Origin: Octopus sinensis
Taxonomy: Eukaryota
Assembly: GCF_006345805.1 (NCBI RefSeq)
Contig: NC_043004.1
Coordinates: 40,672,001 to 40,736,000 of the forward strand
DNA length: 64,000 bases
Reading direction: 5' to 3'
Shown: positions 39,231-52,200 of the stretch, in pieces
Layout of the letters: each line of letters begins with the position of its first letter
Numbering within the stretch: position 1 is the stretch's first letter
The notes under the pieces: model-generated
Databases searched by the model: none
The model's input: only the letters and a program-made list of their open reading frames with translations
What the model was told of the DNA's origin: nothing
Translations under genes and position numbers: made by a program

Positions 39231-39817
39231 TTATCCACTTGAATAGGTTAGACCCAACTTTGTTGACGTGGATTTTCTACAACCAGATGCCTTTCCTGTT
39301 CCCAACCCTCACCTATCTCCAAGTAATGTAATAATACCCCACAACCAGGCATGTTTCCTTGGAAGATGAAGGAAGGAAATTACTTGCATGCTGGTAACAC
39401 TCATTCACATCACCTCAAGGCAAAGAGGCAGTAATCTTTTATCATTAACTTGCTTCATTCATGAGACTGCAGTCACGCTGGGGCACTGCCTTAATGCCAT
39501 GCTGATGCATGTATATATATATATGTGTGTGTATATAGGTATATGTATGCATATATATATATACATATATATACATATATATACATACATATGTGTGTGT
39601 GTGTATGTGTAACTACATGTGGATTGCTGGTGATTTGTTTTCTCCGTCCTCCTTTTCTCTTGGATTTTCCTCAGTCTCCTGTTTCTGAAGAAGAGCTTTG
39701 CTTGAAACATAAAACACCTTTTCTTTCCTTCCCTGAGCATCTTTTAATACTTTGCATGTACCACGTCCTCATGTTGCTTTTTCTTGCGTTTTTCCTTTAT
39801 ATTTTTATTATTATAAA

Positions 39818-40038
39818 TGTGTACTCTTTTACTCTTTTTCTTGTTTCAGTCATTTGACTGTGGCCATGCTGGAGCACTGCCTTTAGTCGAGCAAATTGAC
39901 CCCAGGACTTATTCTTTGTAAGCCCAGTACTTATTCTAGCAGTCTCTTTTGCCGAACCGCTAAGTGACGGCGACATAAACACACCAACATCGGTTGTCAA
40001 GCAATGCTAGGGGGACAAACACAGACACACAAACATAT

Positions 40039-40112
<74 letters not shown>

Positions 40113-40282
40113 TACAACAGGCTTCTTTCAGTTTCTGTCTACCAAATCTACTCACCAGGCTTTGGTTGGCCCGGGGCTATAGCAGAAAACACTTGCCCAA
40201 GATGCCACGCAGTGGGACTGAACCCGGACCCATGTGGTTGGTAAGCAAGCTACTTACCACACAGCCACTCCTGTGCCTATAT
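39818..40282 (-). mobile_element. SINE family A copy
   Basis: Colinear with 1-490. Confidence 0.85.
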
Positions 40283-41003
40283 GGGTAGATTTTCTAGTTA
40301 TTCTAAAGAAAAAACAATCTCATCATTGAAATCTTGAAACCCTGAGATAATTTGTGATTAATTCAAAATGCTATGAATAAATAAGCATCACATTTGACGG
40401 AGTAATCTCATAGTTAAAGGGTTAAGGGATTAACTTACATAGAAAATGCTTTCTTGTTCCACTTATTGGCTATAACAATCATTACAAGAACTACAATTCA
40501 TATAAAGATAGAATAGGTAAATAATACATCATATAAAACAAGATTTATACTGTAGACAACCAATGTTAAATGACAGCCTCTGTCTGTCTCTTCTCTGTGT
40601 GATAGTCTCTTAAGCGACACTGAGAGAAGAGAAGAAAAAAAAGGAGAATGGGATTTATTGTGAGACAAGTTATGTCTGTGACAGCCATTAAAAGTACAGC
40701 CTGTGGCAACAGACTTTTCAAAGACACAATCCTCTTTGAACTGTTTCGTTGTGTAGGTTGGTCAGTAAGAGCAAACACCTGTTATGTTACTGACCATTTG
40801 TTTGTGCAATATCTTCAAAAACTATCATCACTGTGTTCACATAGTTTGTCATTCATATTAATGTGTCTTAAAACCATGATGGAAGGAGATAAGAATCCTG
40901 AGGAATCTAAGGAAATAGTTCATAAATATTCCTAGAGGAAAGCAAAACATGAAAGATATAAGGAATGATCAATTATATAAGCTCATGATGTTAGTGCATG
41001 ATG

Positions 41004-41049
<46 letters not shown>

Positions 41050-41054
41050 ATCTA

Positions 41055-41280
41055 TTTCTTTACTACCCTCAAGGGGCTAAACACAGAGAGGACAAACAAG
41101 GACAGACAAACAGATTAAGTTGATTACATCGACCCCAGTGCATAACTGGTACTTAATTTATTGACCCTGAAAGGATGAAAGGCAAAGTCGACCTCGGCGG
41201 AATTTGAACTCAGAAGGTAATAATAGACGAAATACGGCTACGCATTTCACCCAGCATGCTAACGTTTCTGCCAGCTGATA
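41055..41280 (-). mobile_element. SINE family D copy
   Basis: Reverse complement of 11857-12090. Confidence 0.8.
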
Positions 41281-41282
41281 AT

Positions 41283-41314
<32 letters not shown>

Positions 41315-41769
41315 ATCATCATCATCCTTTAACATCTGTTTTCCATGCTGGGATGGGTTAGGTGGTTTGACATGATCTAGCAAGCTGGAGAGCTGCACCA
41401 GGCACCAATTGTCTGTTTTTACATGTCCCAAACAAAAATGCTTTATACATGGCACTAGCACAGGTGCTTTTCAAATTGGCACTATGCGAGGAACTCCTGG
41501 ATTTAATTCCTCACATACCTGTTTTCTCATTGGTAATGCTTTTCTATGTATATGCATAAATGTAAATGTTTTTCCCAATAAAAATTGCACTTGATGTTCA
41601 AGGTTCTGATGAAGCTATAAGGTGTTACTCAAGCACTCAACTATGAGTCAACTGCATCTTATAGCAAAAACAGCTGTAAGCTAATGAAGTTCACAGGATA
41701 ATCATTCATTCCTTTGTCATCATTTATTCCTTATATATATATAATCCTCCAAACACACACCATCATAAA

Positions 41770-42094
41770 AAGCAAGAGACTACCCAAATCTATGAAAGGT
41801 CACCTAACACAAGCTCGAATACACTCAACAACACAGAAGCCATCAGTAAAAATATGCGGAAGACCCAACTGTGGGGTATGTGTCAATTTAATTGAGGGAT
41901 CAGAGTTCTCCTTCAAACAGGTACAACGTTTCTCAGTGAAAAGAAACTTCACATGTGCTTCAAAGAACCTAATATATGCACTAACCTGTTCTGGGTGTCG
42001 AGAGCAATACATAGGCCAAACAAAAAACAGTCTATGTAAAAGAATGGCTCTGCACAGATCTCAGATCAAAATTCCCCAAAACAGAAAAATAGCA
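41770..42094 (+). mobile_element. Penelope-like element GIY-YIG endonuclease fragment
   Basis: CGRPNCGVC...FTCASKNLIYALTCSGCREQYIGQTKNSLCKRMALHRSQIK shows the N-LIY...YIGQT..L..R...H signature. Confidence 0.9.
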
Positions 42095-42390
42095 CAGTTC
42101 TATATTTAAGAGATGAGGAATTATGTACATTATTTACATTCGATGGATATTTGTCCTCATCTTGTTTGTTTATTGTCAACACAATGTTTCGGCTGATATA
42201 CCCTCCAGCCTTCTTCAGGTGTCTTGGGGAAATTTCGGACCTGGGTTCTCATGCCTGAGGTATTTTTCGATGTTATTATTATCATCATTGTTATTGTTCA
42301 GGTCACTGCTTGGAATTGAACTTGGACTCTTAGGGCTAGTAGCCCACGCTCTTATCCACTACACCATATGCCTGTCGGCATATGGCATAG
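42095..42390 (-). mobile_element. tRNA-headed hammerhead-containing element (same family as 15060-15323)
   Basis: Reverse complement of 15060-15323; ends in the palindrome CCATATGCC-TGTC-GGCATATGG (42364-42385). Confidence 0.8.
42178..42223 (-). ncRNA. Minimal type I hammerhead ribozyme-like motif (Penelope-type)
   Basis: Minus strand: GACAC (stem I) CUGAAGA A GGCUG-gagggtatat-CAGCC (stem II) GAAA C AUU GUGUU (stem I'). Stem III is reduced to AC/AU, probably decayed from palindromic ACGU. Confidence 0.6.
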
Positions 42391-43370
42391 AGGAGGAGAA
42401 GGACAGTTCTTCAAACTTAAATCTCATGTGAAAGAATGACAAAGCCTTAAAGGGCTATGTAAACTGATCCTTGAACAACAAGCTTTGGGGTACTTCGAGT
42501 AAATATGTAGTTTCTGGTCAGATGGGGGGGTCATGATAAGGGTTCTTCTCTTCTTTGTAATTTCTCATCCACCACAGTTGCTCTAGCCTTTTCAAATTTG
42601 CTTGCAGCAATCTTGTTGCAGTCCCATCACACCTCCCACTGTACTACAATTCCCTCATATCTTGTATGATTCTACCCATGCCAGAGTCAGCTGAGATTTC
42701 ACCTAAGTCTTTGAAATGCTTCTTGAGAAATTCTTCTGTCTGTTTTATTGAGGAGAAATAAAGCTACCAAAAAGAAATCCATAAAATGCTTCCAGAAAAA
42801 TATTTTTCCCATTATTTCAAAAAACATGAAAATAAATGGAAAAAAATAAACACAAAGAACTGTATCTGATAGACCAATATATGTCTTTTGGCATCCATCA
42901 CAAGAATTTCAACATTTGTTTCACTATACTTCCACAGGTCTTCTTGTGAATTACATGGCATCAATAACCATTTGTCATCTCCATCACAGAAATTGATTCT
43001 TCAGGTCACTAGAAAAGCTAGAGTGTGTCCCACCCTGGGGTGGCTCTTCTGTTTGCTGCCCTCGGACCCCATCAAAAACACATATTGCAGATCTTAAAGT
43101 GGTGCCCCATTAAAAGTGCCGCCTGGGGTGGACCACCCCTAACATCTCCTGCCCATGCTAGTGCTTCAGGTCAATCTCTACCACCCCATCATCTTCTTCT
43201 TCAACTTATCTCTTCCATAGGTTCTATTCACTTAGAGAGTGAAGCATTTGTTTATATAGCTGTCCTCCTCTATGTCCATCACATGCTCATCATCACCTGT
43301 GTGATATTACCTATACAATGTGTGTGTGTGTGTGTTTTCATGCCAGTACAATATACTCCTACCATGATGT

Positions 43371-43620
43371 GGAGGCATGTGGCTTAGTGGTTAGGTTGTC
43401 AGCATCATGATCGTAAGATTGTGGTTTCGATTCCTGGACTGGGCGACGCGTTGTGCTCTTGAGCAAAACACTTCATTTCACGTTGCTCCAGTCCACTCAG
43501 CTGGCAAAAATGAGTAACGCTGCGAAGGACTGGCGTCCCATCCAGCTGGGGAACACATACACCATAGAAACCAGGAAACCGAGCCCATGAGTCTGGCTAG
43601 GCTTTAAAAGGGAGCATTTA
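43371..43620 (+). mobile_element. tRNA-derived SINE related to family C
   Basis: TGGCTTAGTGGTTAGG...GGTTTCGATTCCTGGAC head and the shared CTTGAGCAAAACACTTCATTTCACGTTGCTCCAG segment. Confidence 0.75.
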
Positions 43621-44642
43621 TTTATTTATATATATATGACATATATATATATCATATATGAATAACGTTCTGTTTATCATTTAGGCAGTCAATGTAATTG
43701 TTATAATGTCTTGTTGTTGAGATAGGCTCTCTTTCTTTCCTGATGAGAAGATTGCATTTTACACTGTTTATTCCTTTGGAATAAAACCAATGTAGTCTTT
43801 GAAACATATGTCAAAAGTAAAAGAATTTTAATAACATCTTCGTTCAACTCCATTTATTTACTTATACTACACAAATTACTGCATATTAACCCGGAGTTTC
43901 TACCTTTGAATATGTCACTTCAACCGAGTTACTTGCATGAATTTTGCTACCCTGGTAACTGTTTATTGAATTTTCCATGTTAACGGTAAACAAGGGATAA
44001 TTCATTCATCCATTTGACATATGTAAATATATATTAGTATACAGAAACACATGCATATATCTATATGTGTGTTTGTGAGTGTGTGTCTGTGTGTCGAGGT
44101 GGGGGTGTGATATACACACAGAGAAACATGCACAAATACATAGGGATTCTGATTTTCAAGAAAACACATTTTTTTTAAGCAATCAACTGACAAACAAATC
44201 GATGGTGACTCTTTCAGATCGATCCTTAATGATTTGTCAAATTAGTATTAATGTTTAGTGAGACTGAGTGTAATATTTCACAGAGAATATTTGGAGAAGG
44301 CAGGTTAAGCGAACTCTAGACCACACTTGTGGCCATCTTCAGAATTTTTATATGATTTCTAATAATATTTAATAAAAATATGATAGAATTCTTTTAAAAC
44401 ATTGAATGACTCTGAGGGACTAACTGAGTAAAATAGAAATCAAAAGGGTCCATAGGTAAAAAAAAAAATGGTTGGGAATCACTGGTCTAGATTAATCAGA
44501 TAAAGATGCTGTTACATAAGCCATGATTCAGCAGACCTAGAATTAAAGGTGATCCATCCACGAGCATCAATATTATTGTTTTCAAGCATGATGCATCCAG
44601 ATCTATATAATGTAATATATGTTCTTCCTCTTTCTTTTAGAT

Positions 44643-44934
44643 CAGTGGTTCTCGGTTGGGTTCTATGAGGTCCCCGAGGGTCCACATAAGATTTTTGGGG
44701 GTTCACACAATAAAATAGAAAAATTGGAGATCCACTGAAAAAATTTTGCTATAGATGTATGTATTGCAAGATACAGCTAGGTTTCTTGCATAGTTCAACC
44801 TACACAAGTTAATGTGTGAGAAACAAAATAGTAATTTTGAAAGAAGTTTCTATAAAACTAGTTTTATGAGGGTCCACCAGAATAAAATAGTAATGAAAGG
44901 GGTCCATGGATAAAAAAATGGTTGAGAATCCCTG
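44643..44934. mobile_element. hAT (Charlie-like) MITE
   Basis: Ends CAGTGGTTCTC / GAGAATCCCTG with perfect 8-bp TSD TTTTAGAT (44635-44642 and 44935-44942). A related 3' end lies at 44440-44486. Confidence 0.85.
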
Positions 44935-45516
44935 TTTTAGATAATAAGGTGTGATTTGTAGGAGATTTGACTTCTATTTCTAGTAGATTCATTGACCACA
45001 TAGAGGTTTCTTAGTGTGCCCATGATAAGGATGTTAATTTAGGGGTGTAGCTACAATAAAAGGAGTATTGAATGTAGCAACATGTTCAACAATATTGTTG
45101 TATAGTAATTATTGCTTCATCAATTTATTTGCTGTGTTATGATTTCATCTGAATGCCACAAGTAATTACATATTTTTGTTTGTATCATGCATTTTTGCAA
45201 ACAATAGCGTCATTTGCTATTGGTTTCCAACAAACCAATAATTGGTTTACTCTATTTATAACAACAACAGGGACAAAGAAATGCTTAAGCAACTGAGGCA
45301 GAATAAAAGCGATAAGGTAGTCTTCATTGAATTGCTCAGTGGTTTATCTATTTCTTTCCACTGTGGTGTACATCTTTTTCTGACACACAACAGTAAAATT
45401 ATATATCGTGGGTGGTCAAATCTGTGATGTCACTTTGGTGTTGTGATTAGAATAGCTATGCAGTATACAACAGACACAGTGTTCAAATCCTGTAGGCAAT
45501 GTTACTTTATATACAA

Positions 45517-45862
45517 CTAGCACTAATGACCCGGCAGTGCATGCATATATAGCTGCGTGCTTGCATACATACACGTGAGTACTGTCCAAATCTCCGACCA
45601 ATCACATACAGCTAGCTGGCATTCAATTGGCGTATCAAGTTTCGGGCATTTTGATTGGGTTTTGGATAGAAAATTCACAAAAAAGTCACTTCTGTTGATT
45701 TTTTAATGGCTTTGCGGGGTGACTGGGGAAATGTAAAGATGTGCACGACCACCCTTGGACAGTTTTGAATGACCATAGAAAGTGCGAGCTCTCTAACTGA
45801 ATAATTGTGGATTTGTATAAAGGACACACACGCAGACATTTTGCCATTTATATATATAGAGA
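45517..45862 (-). mobile_element. Non-autonomous Helitron, second copy
   Basis: A|TC...CTAG|T termini; about 180 bp shared with 11000-11185. Confidence 0.7.
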
Positions 45863-45878
45863 TGATACATGTATATGT

Positions 45879-45915
<37 letters not shown>

Positions 45916-46094
45916 AACTTGGAGAAGTATAATAATATAATAAATAAATAAAATATATGCATATATACATACATATATGTACATACTAACATCTACATGT
46001 ATATATACATGCATATATATATATATGTAGGTCCCGGGTTGAGTCGGGTTTAACCACAGTAAATAAGGTACTCAATACATAGCAGAGTAAATTA

Positions 46095-46226
46095 ATTTAT
46101 TTTATAGAAGGAGCTTCTACAGGACTAGAACTGTTTCATTCAAAAGAAATCATCAGGAAGCTTCCTGATGATTTCTTTTGAATGAAACAGTTCTAGTCTT
46201 GTAGAAGCTCCTTCTATAAAATAAAT
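46095..46226. repeat. Near-perfect 132-bp palindrome with no spacer
   Basis: 66-bp arms centred on AAG|CTT (46160/46161), one mismatch; contains CTGATGA...GAAAC...GTC. Confidence 0.95.
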
Positions 46227-46231
46227 ATATA

Positions 46232-46278
<47 letters not shown>

Positions 46279-46702
46279 TACAGGACACCACAAAAAAACG
46301 TAGAACACAACGAGAGACGAAAACATAAAATCACACAAGGAAACAGACTTTTTTTAAAACAACGAAAAAAACAGAGTACAGGACAAACAATACAAGGCAA
46401 ATTCCCCTTCATCAGCTGCCCCTGGTTCGACTCAAAGTGTGTTATATATTGGTTTAAAATTTTGGAACAAAGCCAGCAATTTTGTGGGGACCGAGTAAGT
46501 TGATAACATCAACCCCAGTGCTCTGTAAGTGCTTGTTTTACCACCCTTGAAAGGATGAAAAGCAAAGTTGACCCCAACAGAATTTGAACTCAGAATGTAA
46601 AGATGGACAGAATGAGAATGCTGCAAAGTGTTTTGCCTGGTGTGCCAACAGTTCTGCAAGCTCACTACCTTAGCACAGAGTCCAAATCAAACTGTTTTAA
46701 TA

Positions 46703-46758
<56 letters not shown>

Positions 46759-49700
46759 CAGTGGCGTGCAGTGACTTCTGGGGTTGGGCATGCAATGAAT
46801 TTCATTGCCCCCACCCCACTCAGTAATTTTTCAGAAAAAAAATTTTCATATTCCTACGATTTACATATAGGAGATTCTAAATATGCAATCACCCCTGTAT
46901 GACCTAGAATAAACAGGGAATAAAAAATGGCTGTGTAGAGATGAGCCTGAAATAAGTGTATTGTTTCTATTATTCTTTGCTCTTCGAAACGTCAGTACTT
47001 TCCCATCCTCATTCTCCTCTTAAAAAGTCTAAAAATCATAAGTGAAATGTAATAAAGATGAAATTGGATTCTGTTAATATTTTTGCATATTCAGAATCTC
47101 TGTTAAAGGTAGGAATCCGAAAAAAATTTTACACAAAAATTCGTTTTTCAAAGAGGTGCGATTCTGCATTAGCCCCTATACCTATTGGTTGAGCCGTATC
47201 AATTTGAAATGATTGAATTAAAAGAACACATTTAGTTACATTATATGGCCATGGTTTTAGATCGTTACGCTCTCGAAGACAAGTCATGTGCTTTATGATG
47301 CTACTTGTCAATTCCGGGAAAATTATTGACTGTTCTGAGACTTACTGAACTCCGTACATTAAAAAGACTACGTCTCACGCACACACATTGAAAATACACG
47401 CATATACATGAATACACACACAATGAAAGACAGCGAAAATTCAACATTGTAAAAAGCCTCCCAAAACTGTGGCAGAAGTCAACATCTCTGAGATTGAAAC
47501 AAGACATTTATTGAAAGTGAAACGAGATACATATTTATGGCTGTAAATAGACTACACCCGGCAGCATAGAAAGGGAAATCTATGTAGATTAGGTTTGACG
47601 AAGAAGTCGAAACATTTTTCCTGCGAAACAATACTGATGTAAGACGGTCGAACCTTACGTTATAACAAACACTAAGCAAAACCTATAATATATGCCCTTT
47701 AATATATTAATTTTTTTAATGTTCAAAAATGTTATTTAACTCATTTATAAATTAATTCAATTCTTCGATCTTTCTAGGCAAATATATCTATCACATTTTC
47801 ATAGAAATCTTCTCTCTTCATCAATTGTTGTAATAAATCTTTTTCAATTGACATTAGTGCTAACACAGACAGTCTTCTTTCTCCTGTCGCATTTCTTTGG
47901 TATGTTTTAATTCTATTCAATGCAGAAAAGGATCGCTCTACAGAAGCAGCCGTAGACAGAATTGTCAAAACCAACTTGCACAGATTGAAGAGTTCTGGCA
48001 TAGCTTCAACAAGATCACTGCTGTAAATGTAACTCATCAAAATGACTTACACTTGGTTTTTAAAAAATCTTTCATTGAATACATCACATTGAGCTCACTT
48101 TGTAATCGTATTACATCAAAAAATCTGCCATAAGTTGTTCTTAAAGAATCTAAAGAGTCCACAGGAAATTGTTTGCAATACTCATCAACTTTGTTGAAAT
48201 TCAAAAGTTCCATGAATTTAAACTCTTCTAAGGATGAATATCGTGCTTTTATTTGGTCAACTATTGTACTGATAATTTTGTTATAAAGCATTCTATAATG
48301 TCGTTGAGGATCAATAGATATATTCTTGGATCTCTGAATTCCGATTCCTGCATCGAATCCATATTTTTCCCCTAACATATAAAAGATTGAAAAATTATCG
48401 AGTTTGTTTTCGAGTACAGTTCTAGTTTTATCTATTTGCTCTTTACAATACACTATGTCATGACTTTTACTCTGGAGTATGTTAAATAAGACGTCAGTAA
48501 AAGAAAAAAATGTCACTGAATACTTCTAACAAAAATAAGAAATCAGGAGCTTTTAAAGTGTGTAAGAATTCAATTGCTAAATTTATGGTGGCATCATCCC
48601 ATGTTTCAGGATTTTCAATGATGTGTTCAAAAAGGCTGATTATGAAATTATAATTTTCCTTTGTGGTAATAATAAGACGTGAGGAGTAATTTCATCTAGT
48701 AGCTGTTGCTTTCGGAAATCTTTTTTTAACAATGTTATCTAATGCATTAGCCCTTTTCGGTGATTTCGTAAAAAAATGTACCGAGTCCGTTTATTGTAGA
48801 AAAAAATATCTTGCATTCTTTCATAGCAGAGCATGATTATGAAAAAACGAAATTTAGGATATGGGCACAACAATGAATAAAGATCGCACATTCATATTTC
48901 TGTAACCCATTTAATTGTCCTGCCATTGTAGCAGCACCATCATAGGTCTGTGCAATCAATTTGTTTCCACATTCCCACGTCTCAATGCATTTAAAAACAT
49001 GTTCAGATTAAAGCATTTGCAGATCGATCTGCACTTACATCACTAAAACCAATAAATCGTTCTTTCATCACACAGTCTTCTGTAATATAACGTAAAACTG
49101 TTGACAGTTGTGAAGATGCTGAGACATCAGATGTCTCATCAACAAGAAGAGAAACAAACTTAGCTTGCTCGATTTCCTTTTGCATCTCATTCAACATAAC
49201 TTTATGAATTGCTTCGATCAAGTCATTTTGAATTCTTTTTGACAGACCGGTGAAGATAGAAGCTGTATCTAGATGTCTTTCCATTCTTTTGTCATATTTA
49301 CTGATTAAATATACGAGTTCTTTATAATTTCCACGATTATTAGAGCCTTCAGATTCAAAATGACCCTGAAACAATAATTCCTGGAGGCCTAAAAAAAGAA
49401 TGGATCTGTTTCGTCTAACTTTCTCATTATGATGTTGTATGCTTTGATTTTTTTACATGCATCTAATTGTAAGTCTATACGAACATTCCCGAATATTTTA
49501 AGATCTATCAAATATTTTATATGCCTTTGAGAAGGCTCGTACTTTAGCATAGCCATATGTAAATTATTTAAATCATCATAGCCTTTATCATTCCAAACAT
49601 TCTTTTCTAAGCCAAAAAGTAAACAAGGCCAACAGAATAATTTAATAAGGGTAGCACTCCCAGTTAACCACTTTTTCTTTTCATACAAATCAACCTGAAA

Positions 49701-49870
49701 CTGTCTCGTGAATTTCTTGTAGCTTCGCAAATTAGGTAAATTCGGTGTTGGTCTCCCACCATTTATAATTAATTATTTTCCATCAAAGTCTCTTTTCGAA
49801 AAACTATTTCTCAAAATATCGTTTATAACACACATTTCACTCATTTCGAAAAAGGCTACTCTTATATAAG
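46759..49870 (-). mobile_element. Decayed hAT transposon (ZMYM1/Tip100-like transposase)
   Basis: End CAGTGGCGTGCA at 46759 next to a (TG)n tract. Minus fragments WLTGS...LFCWPCLLF, FQGHFESEGSNNRGNYKEL, KRIQNDLIEAI, FVSLLVDETSDVS and LTILSTAASVERSFSALNRIKTYQRN...RLSVLALMSIEKD (hAT dimerisation domain). Confidence 0.88.
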
Positions 49871-49995
49871 AACCCACATGGAAGCGCCTGCGTAAATTGT
49901 TAGTAGAAGAGGCCCGAGATACCATGAATCTGAACCCGGAATCATGTGGTTGGTAAGCAAGCTACTTATCACACAGCCACTCTTACGCCTATGTA

Positions 49996-50570
49996 TAGGT
50001 AGTTAAAAGTTATGGCCAGTCATAGAGTCTTTTCTACTCTAGGCGCAAGGCCCAAAATTTTTGGGGAAGGGGCCAGTCGATTAGATCAACCCCAGTACAC
50101 AACTTGTACTTAATTTATCAACCCCCAAAAGGATAAAAGGCGAAGTCCACCTCGACGGAATTTGAACTTAGAATGTAAAGGCAGACAAAATACCACTAAG
50201 CATTTCACCCGGCGTGCTAACGCTTCTGCCAGCTCGCCGCCTTTGGCCAGTCATAGAGTGACATACAGTGATCAATGGTTTCACATCTATAAGACATTTG
50301 GCAGTACAGGCGGCTCATTAGACTTAAATGGCTGAAGGCACCTAACCTTTCTACAACTGGAGGAAGAAATACATAGCAGTCAGTTGGTTTTGTAAGCAAA
50401 AAATAATTGCTTATGCTGTGGGCGTGACAGGGCTATCCCCTGGTGGGACTATTCTACAGATGAGGAATTCATCAGCCATTTGAATTTCACGAGTCGCCCA
50501 TACTATTAGGCACTTTATAGGTGTGAAACCAATGGTCACTCTATGACCAACCATAACTTTTAACTACCTG
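49996..50570. mobile_element. Tc1/mariner-type MITE interrupted by a family D SINE (50029-50243, minus)
   Basis: TIRs AGGTAGTTAAAAGTTATGG.. / ..CCATAACTTTTAACTACCTG. The SINE has a 16-bp TSD TGGCCAGTCATAGAGT (50013-50028 and 50244-50259). Confidence 0.8.
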
Positions 50571-51029
50571 AAAAAATTATTACTGCTTTAATGCTTCAGA
50601 GTGTGTTTCTTTTACGAATATATGAAGGCAAACTTCTCAACAACACAACCAGGCCATGTTTTTTGGAACTTTCTAATCTTTGACATTGCTTACATAGAAT
50701 AATGGTTTGAATTCTGGTTTAAGCTCAAAAAAAGATATTTTTGTGTGTGTGATTTAAGGGCGATTTAGCTGTTGTTTTTAGCACAACTTCCAACCACCTG
50801 ATACCTTCCTCATTTCATTGTCACTCTGAAATTTATTGATGTTTTTCAATATTTCTCTCCCTAGAAAAGACATTAAGTGGAATGATGATACACTCAAGGG
50901 TGGTCCATTGCTGAGATTTAAGCAAAAGAATTCAGGCTATCCATATTTTAAATTCTAATTTTAAAATAAAATTTGAAAATGACTGGAGTGTTTTAGAATT
51001 TATGGGGATTTATGAATTACTGTGTCATC

Positions 51030-52200
51030 ATCATCATTTAATGTCTGCTTTCCATGTTGGTATGGGTTGGACGGTTTGACTGAAAACTGACAAGCCAGGA
51101 AGCTGCACCAGGCTCCAGTCAGATTTGGCAAGGTTTCTACAGCTGGATGCCCTTCCTAATGCCAACCACTCAAAGAGTGTAGTTGGTGCTTTTACATGCC
51201 ACCAGCACGGGGGCCAGTCAGGCAGCACTGGTATCAGCCACACTTGAATGGTGCTTTTTATGTGCCACAGGCGGTACTGGCATCAATTACGCTCAAATGG
51301 TTCATTTTACGTGCCACCAGCACAGGTGCCAGTTAGCCGGCACTGGCATCAGCCATGACTACGATTTCGCACGGTTCATCAGATCTTCACAAGCATGGCA
51401 TATTGCCCAGCTATTGAAGGGTGCTTTTAAACAGGCCTGACATAGGCAACGACTACGATCTCACTTGGCTTTCTGGGTCCTCTGAAGCATGGCATATCTC
51501 TCAAGGTCTTGGTTGCTTGTCATTGCCTCTGTGGAAAGCAACATTCGAAGGTTGTACTTCACCAACTCATCCCATGTTTTCCTGGGTCTCCCTCTTGCAT
51601 AGGTTCCCTCCACAGTTAGGATGTGACACTTCTTCATACAGCTGTCCTCATCCATATGCATCATATGACCATACCAGTGCTGTCATCCCTCTTTCACACC
51701 ACAACTGATGCTTCTTATGTCCAACTTTTCACTCAGGGCGCTTACACTCTGTCGTGTTTGTACTCTGACATTACACATCCAGTGGAGCATACTAGCTTCA
51801 TTTCTTTCAAGCCTACACACGTCCTCAGCAGTCACAGCCCATATTTCACTGCTATGTAGCATGACTGTTCGCACACAGGCATCATACAGTCTATCTTTCA
51901 CTCTGAGTGAGAGGCCCTTTGTTACCAGCAGAGGTAGGAGCTCTCTGAACTTTGCCCAGGCCATTCTTATTCTAGCAGCTATGCTCTCAGACTTGCTCAC
52001 CTAAGTAATGGAAGCTATCAACTACTTCTAGTTTTTCCTCCTGGCAGGTGATGGAATCTGTTTTCTGTACATCTTCGGTGTTTATTGCACCTGTGCATCT
52101 TCCGCACACAAAAACTATCCTCCCACTTAACCATCTTATGGAGTTTCTATCTACACTTTTTCTACAGATTGAGCAGAGTCATGTACCTGAAGGGATTTGT
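51030..52200 (-). mobile_element. Older RTE LINE 3' portion (ORF end, 3' UTR units and (GAT)n tail)
   Basis: ARIRMAWAKFRELLPLLVTKGLSLRVKDRLYDACVRT and GRPRKTWDELVK; stop at 51461, then about three GGTGGCACGTAAAA-type units and the terminal segment. Confidence 0.9.

Noticed and set aside
40560-40935. Non-repetitive segment with a 95-aa plus-strand ORF
   Set aside because: No recognisable domain, splice context or codon pattern.
42430-42760. Coding-like minus-strand segment (..KARATVVDEKLQRREEP..)
   Set aside because: Stops occur in the frames I read and I could not assign a family; it is probably an old TE fragment.
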